Assembly: GCA_963662405.2 (NCBI GenBank)
Contig: CAXXKT010000001.1
Location: 1,280,001 to 1,344,000, forward strand
DNA from: Syntrophales bacterium
GTDB lineage: Bacteria; Desulfobacterota; Syntrophia; Syntrophales; UBA2210
Reading direction: 5' to 3'
Length of the DNA stretch: 64,000 nucleotides
The notes beneath the pieces are model-generated. The model had not been told where the DNA came from and searched no databases. It saw nothing but the letters and a program-made list of their open reading frames with translations. The stretch's first letter is position 1. Every line of letters begins with the position of its first letter. Below are positions 55,661-64,000 of the stretch, in pieces. The translations under genes and the position numbers were made by a program.

Positions 55661-56617
55661 TCAGGAAAACACCCCCAGAGCGCGAGCCTGTTTGTACGTT
55701 GCCCGGGCCTCTTCGTCCCATCCCAGTGCCTCGCATGATTTTACCAGATTGAGATAGTGGAAGGGGTTTTTCGGATCCGCCGCGAGGGCCTTCTTGAAGG
55801 CTTCCACCGCTCGATCGTGGTGTCCTTCACCGGCGAGTGTATTTCCCAGACGGTTGTAATACCCTCCCGTCGAGGCCGGATCGCGTCGAACGGCTTCTTC
55901 ATATGCCTCTTCGGCATCGGCAATCCTTTCCCTGCTGACGAGGATGTCACCGAGGCTGCAATACACAAGCGGTTGATCGGGCTTGTGTCGCAACGATTTC
56001 CTCAGGGCAGTCTCCGCGCGTCCCCGTTCTCCTTTATGGAACAGAGTGTTTGCCAGGGCGCTATAAAATCGGTGTGCCTCAGACGGCTCTATCGAAACCG
56101 CCCTTTCATACGCTTTCTCGGCGTCGTCGTAGTCTCCAGTCTCGATCCGGGCATCACCGAGGCGGCAGCAGAGTGCCGAGGCATCCGGCTCCAGCTCGAT
56201 GAGAGCGGAGAAGATCTCGGCGGCCTCGGCCGGCTTTCCCGCCTCCAGATATGCATCTCCCAGGGAGGTCCTGATAGAGAGGTCATCGGGTTGGACGGCG
56301 GCCGCCCGTTCGCAGATGGCGATCAGCCGATCGTGATGGCCCTCGTCTCGGTAGATACGTACCAGTTCGTCAAAGGCAAAACCGGTAAAAGTTGCCCTGT
56401 TCAGTTCTTTTTCCAGGAGACCTTCCAGACAGCGGATCGCATCGGTCACCTTCCCGCTGTCGCGATAGGCCCAGGCCAGAGACATGACGATTGATTCATC
56501 TTCCGGGTGTGCCTCCGCCAGTTTAAGATACAGGTCAATTGCCTCGCCGTAGCGCCCCTCGCTGACGTACCGGTCCGCCTGATCATAAAAGGCGTCGATG
56601 TTCGTTGTAATGGTCAT
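55661..56617 (-). CDS. tetratricopeptide-repeat protein
   Basis: Multiple TPR units (LGDAYLEAG..EA..IF..LIELEP and similar); start placed at MTITTNID. Confidence 0.88.
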   Translation of the reverse strand: MTITTNIDAFYDQADRYVSEGRYGEAIDLYLKLAEAHPEDESIVMSLAWAYRDSGKVTDAIRCLEGLLEKELNRATFTGFAFDELVRIYRDEGHHDRLIAICERAAAVQPDDLSIRTSLGDAYLEAGKPAEAAEIFSALIELEPDASALCCRLGDARIETGDYDDAEKAYERAVSIEPSEAHRFYSALANTLFHKGERGRAETALRKSLRHKPDQPLVYCSLGDILVSRERIADAEEAYEEAVRRDPASTGGYYNRLGNTLAGEGHHDRAVEAFKKALAADPKNPFHYLNLVKSCEALGWDEEARATYKQARALGVFS

Positions 56618-56762
56618 GGTACAAATCCTGACAATTTTCGGCGATTTATACATTAAACGCCCGGACAAGTCAACCCCATATACTCGGGGGGACGCATCTG
56701 TGGAATGATTCCTGTACCGTGCAGCCGCAATCTTTCCCGCAATCCCTGTTTCCCGAAATCCC

Positions 56763-56790
56763 TTGACAAATATCGCAACGTGCGTAGTAT
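56763..56790 (+). promoter_or_regulatory. putative sigma70 promoter
   Basis: TTGACA-N16-TAGTAT. Confidence 0.5.
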
Positions 56791-56932
56791 CTGGGCGTTG
56801 CATTCATTCAGACGTGGCCATACAGAGAGAGCACTTTTTGGCGAAAAAGAGCGTTCTTTATCCTGAAACTTACTGGAGTGAGGAAAAGAGACCTCACCAA
56901 TAAATTTTCCCCTGAGACGAAGGAGCGTATCT

Positions 56933-57208
56933 GTGGAGAAACTTCACAACTTCCTTGAACACCCCATCACCAATGTTGTCACCGCGCTTATCCTGATTGC
57001 CGCCAGCCTCGCCGAAGGTTGGGGTTCCCTCATAGATGATTTGACCGCATGCAACTTCGGGGTGCACCATGGGGTCCTTGTCTTTGGCGTTATCATGCTG
57101 CTGAAGGGAGTTGTCGAAGCCCTGGAAACCATCAGCCGGGCACACCGGAAGCTGAAGAGAGAACACGGGGGGGCAGTCATTGAAAAAATTCAATCGACGA
57201 ACATATAA
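56933..57208 (+). CDS. small hypothetical membrane protein (2 TM)
   Basis: AAGGAG SD, GTG start, two hydrophobic segments flanking GVHHG. Confidence 0.6.
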   Translation: MEKLHNFLEHPITNVVTALILIAASLAEGWGSLIDDLTACNFGVHHGVLVFGVIMLLKGVVEALETISRAHRKLKREHGGAVIEKIQSTNI

Positions 57209-57662
57209 GAATATATCGACCTTTGTTGCTGACTTGAAGGCCATAATTGCAAAACGAGATCTCGTAAGACCTCTGATACGTGGAAAAATCATCAATGGGG
57301 CATTTCGGGAGCGTCTGATGCTGGCTGTCACGGCGGTGAACGGCTGCACGTATTGTACGTATGCCCATGCGAGGCGAGCATTAGTCGAAGGGCTTGATGA
57401 AGATGAAGTGAGGGCGCTGAAAGATGGGATGGTGGAAGATTGTCCAACAAATGAATTGCCCGGGTTGCTATATGCTCAACACTGGGCGGAAACACACGGT
57501 CGTCCCGCAGTGGCGGCTCGTGAGCGGCTTATTGCTGAGTACGATGAAGAGACGGTGAGGGCGATAGAGTTGACACTCCAGACCGTGCAGATGGGGAACT
57601 TACTGGGAAACACGATGGATTGGTTTCTCTATCGGTTGTCGTGTGGGCACTTAGGAGTGTAG
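57180..57662 (+). CDS. carboxymuconolactone decarboxylase / AhpD-like protein
   Basis: RERLMLAVTAVNGCTYCTYAH (CxxC...H). Confidence 0.85.
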   Translation: MKKFNRRTYKNISTFVADLKAIIAKRDLVRPLIRGKIINGAFRERLMLAVTAVNGCTYCTYAHARRALVEGLDEDEVRALKDGMVEDCPTNELPGLLYAQHWAETHGRPAVAARERLIAEYDEETVRAIELTLQTVQMGNLLGNTMDWFLYRLSCGHLGV

Positions 57663-57779
57663 GGTAAATAAGAAGACACAGGACGCATAGCCTGACAAGA
57701 CGGTTTTCCATGAGCCGGGGATTGACCGGATTCCTTAAGATATGAATCACCCTATTTATACTGGAGGTATACGGAGAGA

Positions 57780-58253
57780 ATGGGTGTTGATCGTGCACAA
57801 TTGGCGGATTTTGATGCGTGGATCACACTCGCGCGGGAAGTCGAACCATTATTTGGCCCCATGGCGGATAAAGTGGCTTTTCACGATGCCTTGCGACGGG
57901 CGATTTTTGGAAAGGCAGCTTTCTGCATCCGCTCAGCTCCCAATGAAAACGATCGGCCCTTAAAAGGCGGCATAGTTATTTCAAGAGAGGCAAGCGCGAT
58001 AGAATGGTTTGCCGTTTCGGCTCAATACCGCAGCAGGGGCTATGGCAGGCAATTACTTCAACGTGCACTCGGTGAGCTGAATCCTCACGAAGGCATATGG
58101 GTGCAGACATTTAATGGATCGGTTCGTGAAGGAAAGGCTGCCAGGAAGCTGTACTCTGATTTTGGATTTGCCGACTATCAAAATGGCGGCTTAAATCCGG
58201 CAGGGGTGCCGACGGTCGTCATGCGGTTGGCACAGCCCGATATCGTCTCATAG
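57780..58253 (+). CDS. GNAT-family acetyltransferase
   Basis: FAVSAQYRSRGYGRQLL acetyl-CoA motif, ARKLYSDFGF. Confidence 0.85.
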   Translation: MGVDRAQLADFDAWITLAREVEPLFGPMADKVAFHDALRRAIFGKAAFCIRSAPNENDRPLKGGIVISREASAIEWFAVSAQYRSRGYGRQLLQRALGELNPHEGIWVQTFNGSVREGKAARKLYSDFGFADYQNGGLNPAGVPTVVMRLAQPDIVS

Positions 58254-58277
58254 CACCTCCTCACAGGTGGCTATTGT

Positions 58278-58322
58278 AACCCGGACAGATTACGTGCTAC
58301 AAACCCGGACATATTACGTGCT
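58278..58322. repeat. 21-bp direct repeat, two copies, 24-bp period (IS-end-like)
   Basis: AACCCGGACAGATTACGTGCT (58278-58298) and AACCCGGACATATTACGTGCT (58302-58322), 20/21 identical. Confidence 0.75.
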
Positions 58323-58346
58323 CCTGAAACACTGTTGAAAATTCTC

Positions 58347-58374
58347 TTGACAAATGGATTGTTTTGTATAGAAT
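58347..58374 (+). promoter_or_regulatory. sigma70 promoter of the ilv leader
   Basis: TTGACA-N16-TAGAAT. Confidence 0.7.
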
Positions 58375-58407
58375 CGATTTCCACCTTAGCTTGAGGAGCA
58401 GTGAACA

Positions 58408-58488
58408 GTGAGTCGTCTGTTTGGATTAACGGTAGTCCTTTTGAACGTACTTGTACTCGTCGTAGTACTTACGGGGACCGCCGCTTGA
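58408..58488 (+). CDS. ilvB leader peptide (26 aa): MSRLFGLTVVLLNVLVLVVVLTGTAA
   Basis: GAGGAG SD 9 nt before GTG; 7 Leu and 7 Val codons; followed by antiterminator and terminator. Confidence 0.85.
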   Translation: MSRLFGLTVVLLNVLVLVVVLTGTAA

Positions 58489-58513
58489 TCCGGATGAATT
58501 AAAAGAAAAAATC

Positions 58514-58546
58514 AAGCCGCGGGCCCCAAACCCCGCGGCTTTTTTT
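58514..58546 (+). terminator. ilv attenuator terminator 1
   Basis: AAGCCGCGGG-CCCCAAAC-CCCGCGGCTT followed by T run. Confidence 0.85.
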
Positions 58547-58549
58547 GCG

Positions 58550-58589
58550 AAAAAGCCGCATCTCGAAAAAAGAGCCTGCGGCTTTTTTT
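58550..58589 (+). terminator. second tandem terminator-like hairpin in the ilv leader
   Basis: AAAAAGCCGCA...TGCGGCTTTTTTT. Confidence 0.7.
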
Positions 58590-58658
58590 ATAGCTTCATT
58601 TCCCCGTGAGTAAAGGGAAGCGGGGCGTACGACAATACGGAGATCAGGAAGGGAAGAC

Positions 58659-60335
58659 ATGGAAACGATAGGTGCTGATATACTGATAAAGACATTACAG
58701 AACGAAGGCGTGGATACGATCTTCGGTTATCCGGGGGCGAATAGCCTGCCGATCCACGACAGGCTGCTGAAGAGCTCGATACGTCACTATCTGGTGCGGC
58801 ACGAGCAGGCGGCCGCTCATGCCGCCGACGGCTACGCGCGGGCGACCGGGAAGGTGGGCGTCTGCCTCGCCACGTCGGGACCGGGGGCCACCAACCTGGT
58901 AACCGGTATCGCGACGGCATATATGGATTCGACCCCCCTCGTCGTCTTGACCGGGCAGGTGACGACCAATCTCCTGGGGAGCGACGCCTTCCAGGAGACG
59001 GACATTGTGGGGATTACGATGCCGATCACGAAGCACAGCTACCTGGTCAGTGACCCGTGCGATATCGCCTCCACGGTGAAGGAGGCCTTTGAGATCGCCC
59101 GGACCGGGAGGCCGGGGCCGGTTCTGGTTGATCTTCCCCGGGACGTGATGGCAGCTTCCTGTGAGTACAGTGAACCAAAGGAATCCCCATCCCGGATAAA
59201 ACCCACTCCCCAGGGGGAACAGGTCAGCGAACCGCTTCGGAAGATCGCCGCCTCCCTGAACCGGGCCGAGCGACCGGTCCTCCTGATCGGCGGCGGTGTA
59301 AAACTCGCCCAGGCCTGTGACAATCTGGCCGGACTCATCGAGAAGGGGAGCCTTCCCTTTGTGTCGACGATGATGGGGATTGGTTCGGTGACCGCCGCGA
59401 ACGGGTACAACCTGGGATTCATCGGGACCCACGGGAACGAACTGGCCAACCGTATCGTGCATGATTCAGACTTTATCCTGACGATCGGGGCCCGCTTCAG
59501 CGACCGCAGCACGTCAATCGTCTCGGAGTTCGCCCCGCTCGCAACGATCGCGCAGATCGATATCGATGCATCCTCCATCGGGAAGGTTATCAAGGCGGAT
59601 CTGTCCCTGGTCTGTGATATCCGTGAGGCCTTGGAAGAACTGCTCCCCCTCGTAGAGGAAAAGGAGCGCACGGAATGGCTGGAGCGGATCAAACGGGAAC
59701 GAGAGGCCCGGAATCAGACCGAGGCGATGGACGAATGCGGAGCGGTGGGACCGTTTATACGGGATGTCCAGGCGGCGATGCCGGAAAAGGCCACCGCGAT
59801 CACGGATGTGGGGCTGAACCAGATATGGGCACTGCGGTCATGGAAGGCGAGGGCACCCCGGAGCGTGATCACGCCGGGCGGGTTGGGGACTATGGGTTTC
59901 AGCCTCCCCGCGGCTATGGGCGTTCAGGTGGGGGTACCGGATCATGCCGTGGTCGTCTTTTCCGGGGACGGTGGTTTCTTCATGAACATACAGGAACTTG
60001 TCACGGTCACGTGCTACCAGATCCCGCTCAAGATCGTGGTCTTCAACAACGGGAACCTCGGTATGATCCGCCAGATACAGGATCTCTTCTATGGGGCCCG
60101 TTTCTGCGATATCGAACTGGGGACCAGCACGGTCGATCTGGTCGCCATTGCCCGAGGATTCGGGATCGAGGCGGACCGGGTTCCGGTCGGTGATGCCGCA
60201 GCCGGGATCGAGAAGATGGCCGTCTCCACGGGTCCGTTCCTGTTGGAGGTCATGGTCGATCCCGACAACTATGTCTACCCGATTATCCCTCCGGGAAAAT
60301 CGAATATCGACATGATCAGCGGACGGCAGGGATGA
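58659..60335 (+). CDS. ilvB: acetolactate synthase large subunit
   Basis: FGYPG, RHEQAAAHAADGYAR, TSGPGATN, FQE, GTMG, GDG...NN TPP motif. Confidence 0.95.
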   Translation: METIGADILIKTLQNEGVDTIFGYPGANSLPIHDRLLKSSIRHYLVRHEQAAAHAADGYARATGKVGVCLATSGPGATNLVTGIATAYMDSTPLVVLTGQVTTNLLGSDAFQETDIVGITMPITKHSYLVSDPCDIASTVKEAFEIARTGRPGPVLVDLPRDVMAASCEYSEPKESPSRIKPTPQGEQVSEPLRKIAASLNRAERPVLLIGGGVKLAQACDNLAGLIEKGSLPFVSTMMGIGSVTAANGYNLGFIGTHGNELANRIVHDSDFILTIGARFSDRSTSIVSEFAPLATIAQIDIDASSIGKVIKADLSLVCDIREALEELLPLVEEKERTEWLERIKREREARNQTEAMDECGAVGPFIRDVQAAMPEKATAITDVGLNQIWALRSWKARAPRSVITPGGLGTMGFSLPAAMGVQVGVPDHAVVVFSGDGGFFMNIQELVTVTCYQIPLKIVVFNNGNLGMIRQIQDLFYGARFCDIELGTSTVDLVAIARGFGIEADRVPVGDAAAGIEKMAVSTGPFLLEVMVDPDNYVYPIIPPGKSNIDMISGRQG

Positions 60336-60384
60336 GATGCCGGAGCAGAACCGACGATACACGTAATGAAAGGGTAAATACATC

Positions 60385-60873
60385 ATGGGGATACAGGAAC
60401 GGATCATTGAGATATTGGTGAACAACAAACCGGGCGTCTTGGCCCGCGTTGCCGGCGTCTTCGGGCGGCTCGGCTATAATATCGAGAGCCTCTGCGTGGC
60501 GGAGACGATCTCCCCCGAGATCTCGCGGATCACATCGATCACCAACGCGGATTCCGACTTTATAGATAAGGTGAAGAAACAGTTGACACGGCTGGTGGAT
60601 GTGATCGAAGTGACGGAATTGGTTTCCGGACATTCCGCCCAGAGGGAAATGGTCTTGGTCGGGATCAAGATGACTCAAAAAAACCGGCAGGAGGTAGCGC
60701 AGGCCGTTGGCATGTTTGACTGCAAGATCATCTCCATGCGAGATAACTATTGCATCATCCAGGTTGCCGGGAGCCGGGAAGAGGTGGAGACGATCATTAA
60801 TTTCCTGCGGCCCCTCGGTGTCGACAAAATCGGGCGAACGGGGGTTCTTGCCCTCCAGCAGACAAAAAAATAG
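60385..60873 (+). CDS. ilvN: acetolactate synthase small regulatory subunit
   Basis: ACT domain [34 protein letters not shown]. Confidence 0.93.
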   Translation: MGIQERIIEILVNNKPGVLARVAGVFGRLGYNIESLCVAETISPEISRITSITNADSDFIDKVKKQLTRLVDVIEVTELVSGHSAQREMVLVGIKMTQKNRQEVAQAVGMFDCKIISMRDNYCIIQVAGSREEVETIINFLRPLGVDKIGRTGVLALQQTKK

Positions 60874-60991
60874 GCGCGCTTTTAGGATTTGGCGGTCTTG
60901 CTCAGGTTATAGGTTGCCTGTTGATGGTAAAGTGTGGTATCAGGGCAGATTCATAAAATTCAGGATCTATACCACACGCAGGAGACCGATA

Positions 60992-63781
60992 ATGGACTAC
61001 AAGGACACGTTAAATCTACCGAAAACGAGCTTTTCAATGAAGGCAAACCTGGCCCGCAAGGAGCCGGAACAGCTTGAAAAATGGAACGAAATAAATATTT
61101 ACGAGAAAATACGAAAAGCGGCGAAGGGACGCGATCGCTACATCCTTCATGACGGTCCTCCCTACGCAAACGGGGATATCCACCTCGGAACCGCCCTCAA
61201 TAAAATCATCAAGGACATCGTCATCAAGGCGAAGAGCATGACCGGTTTTGACTGTGTCTATGTGCCCGGATGGGACTGCCACGGTCTCCCCATCGAGCAT
61301 CAGGTCGATCAGGAACTGGGAGACAAACAGTACACCATGCCCCAGGCGGAGAAAAGGCGTCTCTGCCGGACCTATGCCAACAGGTATCTCGACATTCAAC
61401 GGGAACAGTTCAAACGATTCGGTGTCTTCGGCGAGTGGGATAACCCGTACGTGACGATGGATTACGACTATGAGGCCACCACGGTGGAGGAATTCGGAAA
61501 ACTCCTCCTGAGCGGCGACGTCTACAAGGGGAAAAAACCGGTTTACTGGTGCGCCTCCTGCAAGACGGCCCTTGCCGAGGCGGAGGTGGAATACGCCGAC
61601 CATACCACCCCCTCCATCTATGTGAAGTTCCCGATGGTCTCCGATATATCATCCGTCCTTCCCGCCGTGGCCGGTGAGCAGGTCAGCGTCGTTATCTGGA
61701 CGACCACCCCGTGGACGATCCCCGCCAACCTCGCCATTGCCCTCCACGAGGACTTCGATTATGTGGCGGTCAAGATCAATGGTGAGGTGTTGATCTTTGC
61801 AGAGGAGCTGTTGGATTACTGCCTGGATGCCTTCGGCTTCCGAGGGAAAGAATACGAGATTCTCGCGACATTCAAAGGGGCGGTCATGGAGGGCCTGAGG
61901 TGTCGGCACCCATTCATCGATCGGGAGAGTGTCCTGATTCTCGCCCCCTTCGTCACCCTTGATGCCGGGACGGGATGTGTTCACATCGCCCCCGGACACG
62001 GCCAGGAGGATTATGAGATCGGTCTCAAGTATGGCCTGGATGTCTATGCCCCGGTGGATGACGACGGGAACTTTACCCCCGATGTGGATTTCTTTGCCGG
62101 CGGCTTCGTCTTCGACATGAACGAGGCGGTCAACGAAAAACTGGAGGAAGTTGGAGCTCTTCTGGGACAGATGGACATTGAACACCAGTACCCGCACTGC
62201 TGGCGATGCAAGAATCCCATCATCTTCCGCTCCACGGAGCAGTGGTTCATCTCGATGGAGAACAACGACCTGCGCAAAAAGGCCCTTGCGGCCATCGACA
62301 GTGTCACGTGGGTCCCTTCATGGGGACGCGATCGGATCTACGGAATGATCGAGAACCGGCCCGACTGGTGCATATCGCGGCAACGCTCGTGGGGGGTCCC
62401 CATCACGGTCTTTTACTGTAAGGAGTGCGGTGCCCATCTGGCAACCAAGGAGATCCTTGATCGTGTCGTCGCCCTGGTGCGGGAGCATGGGGCCGATATC
62501 TGGTTCGAAAAGGATGCAAAGGAGTTTCTCCCCGACGGGACGGTCTGCCCTGACTGCGGCGGGAAGGAGTTCAAAAAGGAGACCAACATACTTGATGTCT
62601 GGTTCGATTCCGGGGTCAGTCATGCGGCGGTCCTCGAGAAACGGGATGATCTCGGTTCTCCCTGTGACATGTACCTGGAGGGGAGCGACCAGCACCGTGG
62701 GTGGTTTCACTCCTCCCTCCTGGAGTCCGTCGGGACCCGGGGAAGGGCGCCATACAAGAATGTTCTCACCCACGGTTTCGTTGTCGACGGCGAGGGGAAG
62801 AAGATGTCCAAATCGCTGGGCAACTTCGTCGATCCTCAGAAAATGGTCGATCAGTACGGGGCGGAAATCCTGCGCCTGTGGGTTGCCGCCGAGGACTACA
62901 CCCTCGATATCCGGATATCCGAGGAGATCATGAAACGCCTTGTCGAGGCGTACCGGCGGATCCGCAATACGAGTCGGTACATCCTGGGGAACCTGTACGA
63001 CTTTGACTGTGAAAAAGACCTGGTCCCTGTGGAGAATATGGAGGAGATGGATCGGTGGATACTCCACCGTCTCCAGGAGATCATCCGCCGGGTGCGGAGC
63101 GCCTATGAGAAGTATCAGTTTCACGCCGTCTACTATACGTTGTACAATTTCTGCAGTGTCGATCTGAGTTCCTTCTACCTCGATGTCCTGAAAGACCGGC
63201 TCTACACCTCGAAGGCCGCCTCACACGAGCGGCGGTCAGCCCAGAGCGCGATGTACCGTGTCCTTGATGCCATGGTGAAGCTTCTTTCCCCGGTCCTGGT
63301 TTTTACGGCCGAAGAGATCTGGGGGCACATGCCCGCCCATGAAGGGAAGACAGAGAGCGTGCACATGACACGGTTCCCCGATGTGGACCCGCGCTGCCAT
63401 GATGAAGAACTCGGGAGAAAGTGGGAGACGCTGATCGCCGTGCGGGGAGAGGTATCAAAGGCGATCGAGATAGCACGGCAAAAAAAGGTGGTGGGACATT
63501 CTCTCGACAGCTGCGTATCCATCTGTGTTCCGGAGAAGCTCCAGACACTGCTCACGGAATACCGCGACATGATGTGTGACCTCATGATCGTATCTCAGGT
63601 GGACTTGGTAACAGCCGATGCGATCGCCGATCCGTATGAAAGCACGGAATTTGACGGCCTGAAGATCGGTGTTGCAAAAGCGCGGGGTGTCAAGTGTGAG
63701 CGGTGCTGGAACTACAGTGAGACGGTGGGGGAGGTTGCCGATCATCCCACCATCTGTACACGGTGCGCGCAGAACCTGTAA
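60992..63781 (+). CDS. ileS: isoleucine--tRNA ligase
   Basis: [36 protein letters not shown]-terminal CERCW...CTRC zinc motif. Confidence 0.98.
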   Translation: MDYKDTLNLPKTSFSMKANLARKEPEQLEKWNEINIYEKIRKAAKGRDRYILHDGPPYANGDIHLGTALNKIIKDIVIKAKSMTGFDCVYVPGWDCHGLPIEHQVDQELGDKQYTMPQAEKRRLCRTYANRYLDIQREQFKRFGVFGEWDNPYVTMDYDYEATTVEEFGKLLLSGDVYKGKKPVYWCASCKTALAEAEVEYADHTTPSIYVKFPMVSDISSVLPAVAGEQVSVVIWTTTPWTIPANLAIALHEDFDYVAVKINGEVLIFAEELLDYCLDAFGFRGKEYEILATFKGAVMEGLRCRHPFIDRESVLILAPFVTLDAGTGCVHIAPGHGQEDYEIGLKYGLDVYAPVDDDGNFTPDVDFFAGGFVFDMNEAVNEKLEEVGALLGQMDIEHQYPHCWRCKNPIIFRSTEQWFISMENNDLRKKALAAIDSVTWVPSWGRDRIYGMIENRPDWCISRQRSWGVPITVFYCKECGAHLATKEILDRVVALVREHGADIWFEKDAKEFLPDGTVCPDCGGKEFKKETNILDVWFDSGVSHAAVLEKRDDLGSPCDMYLEGSDQHRGWFHSSLLESVGTRGRAPYKNVLTHGFVVDGEGKKMSKSLGNFVDPQKMVDQYGAEILRLWVAAEDYTLDIRISEEIMKRLVEAYRRIRNTSRYILGNLYDFDCEKDLVPVENMEEMDRWILHRLQEIIRRVRSAYEKYQFHAVYYTLYNFCSVDLSSFYLDVLKDRLYTSKAASHERRSAQSAMYRVLDAMVKLLSPVLVFTAEEIWGHMPAHEGKTESVHMTRFPDVDPRCHDEELGRKWETLIAVRGEVSKAIEIARQKKVVGHSLDSCVSICVPEKLQTLLTEYRDMMCDLMIVSQVDLVTADAIADPYESTEFDGLKIGVAKARGVKCERCWNYSETVGEVADHPTICTRCAQNL

Positions 63782-63792
63782 GGACGGTGTCG

Positions 63793-64000
63793 GTGCGAAG
63801 GAACTATATCCTTTTCCTCATCCCTATGGCGTTGATTGTGGGGCTGGACCAACTCACCAAGTGGTATGTCAGCTCGGTGATGCCTCTCCATGCCTCCTAT
63901 CCGGTCGTCGATGGATTTTTCAGCATCACCTATGTGCGTAATCCCGGAGCCGCCTTCGGGTTTCTGGCGAATGCCGTCCCCCTCTTCCGGTCGACCTTTC
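63793..64000 (+). CDS. lspA: lipoprotein signal peptidase II, N-terminal part (runs off the window end)
   Basis: GTG start; LDQLTK and RNPGAAFGFL motifs; canonical position after ileS. Confidence 0.92.
   Translation, partial: MRRNYILFLIPMALIVGLDQLTKWYVSSVMPLHASYPVVDGFFSITYVRNPGAAFGFLANAVPLFRSTF

Noticed and set aside
60874..60991. T-box or attenuator before ileS, and the 95-aa N-terminal extension in the ORF track
   Set aside because: Intergenic region is short with no T-box motif or terminator; the real start is ATG 60992 with an AGGAG SD

Overview
Mostly core-genome window from an anaerobic deltaproteobacterium-like organism (Desulfobacterota/Syntrophales-like, judged by eye from the 16S sequence and gene content; not verified by search). 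It carries queF with a queuosine-precursor transporter, pepP-gcvH-lipoate ligase-hisC-rpsU-LOG-holA, rpe, waaA, a four-subunit 2-oxoacid:ferredoxin oxidoreductase operon, hflX, two tandem porin-like paralogs, dusB, a complete rrn operon (16S-tRNAIle-tRNAAla-23S-5S), yebC-ruvCAB-queH, lpxC, ntrY/ntrX, and carB with an atypical purF. An accessory stretch follows (12-repeat YWTD-like IPTL-CTERM protein, rubrerythrin, a PBP-PAS-HD-GYP sensor flanked by fragments of its paralogs, Sel1 protein), then an amino-acid ABC transporter, tRNA-Ala(CGC), ilvBN, ileS and the start of lspA. The main result is two leader-peptide transcription attenuators too short for the ORF track. One is a Leu/Val-rich attenuator with tandem terminators before ilvBN. 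The other is a Leu/Val/Ile-rich attenuator (34-aa leader, antiterminator, terminator) directly before the oxidoreductase operon, suggesting that enzyme serves branched-chain amino acid biosynthesis. Also notable: a probable ATA start for hflX, a PurF with a degenerate glutamine site beside a carB lacking carA, and two +1 frameshifts in G4 runs.
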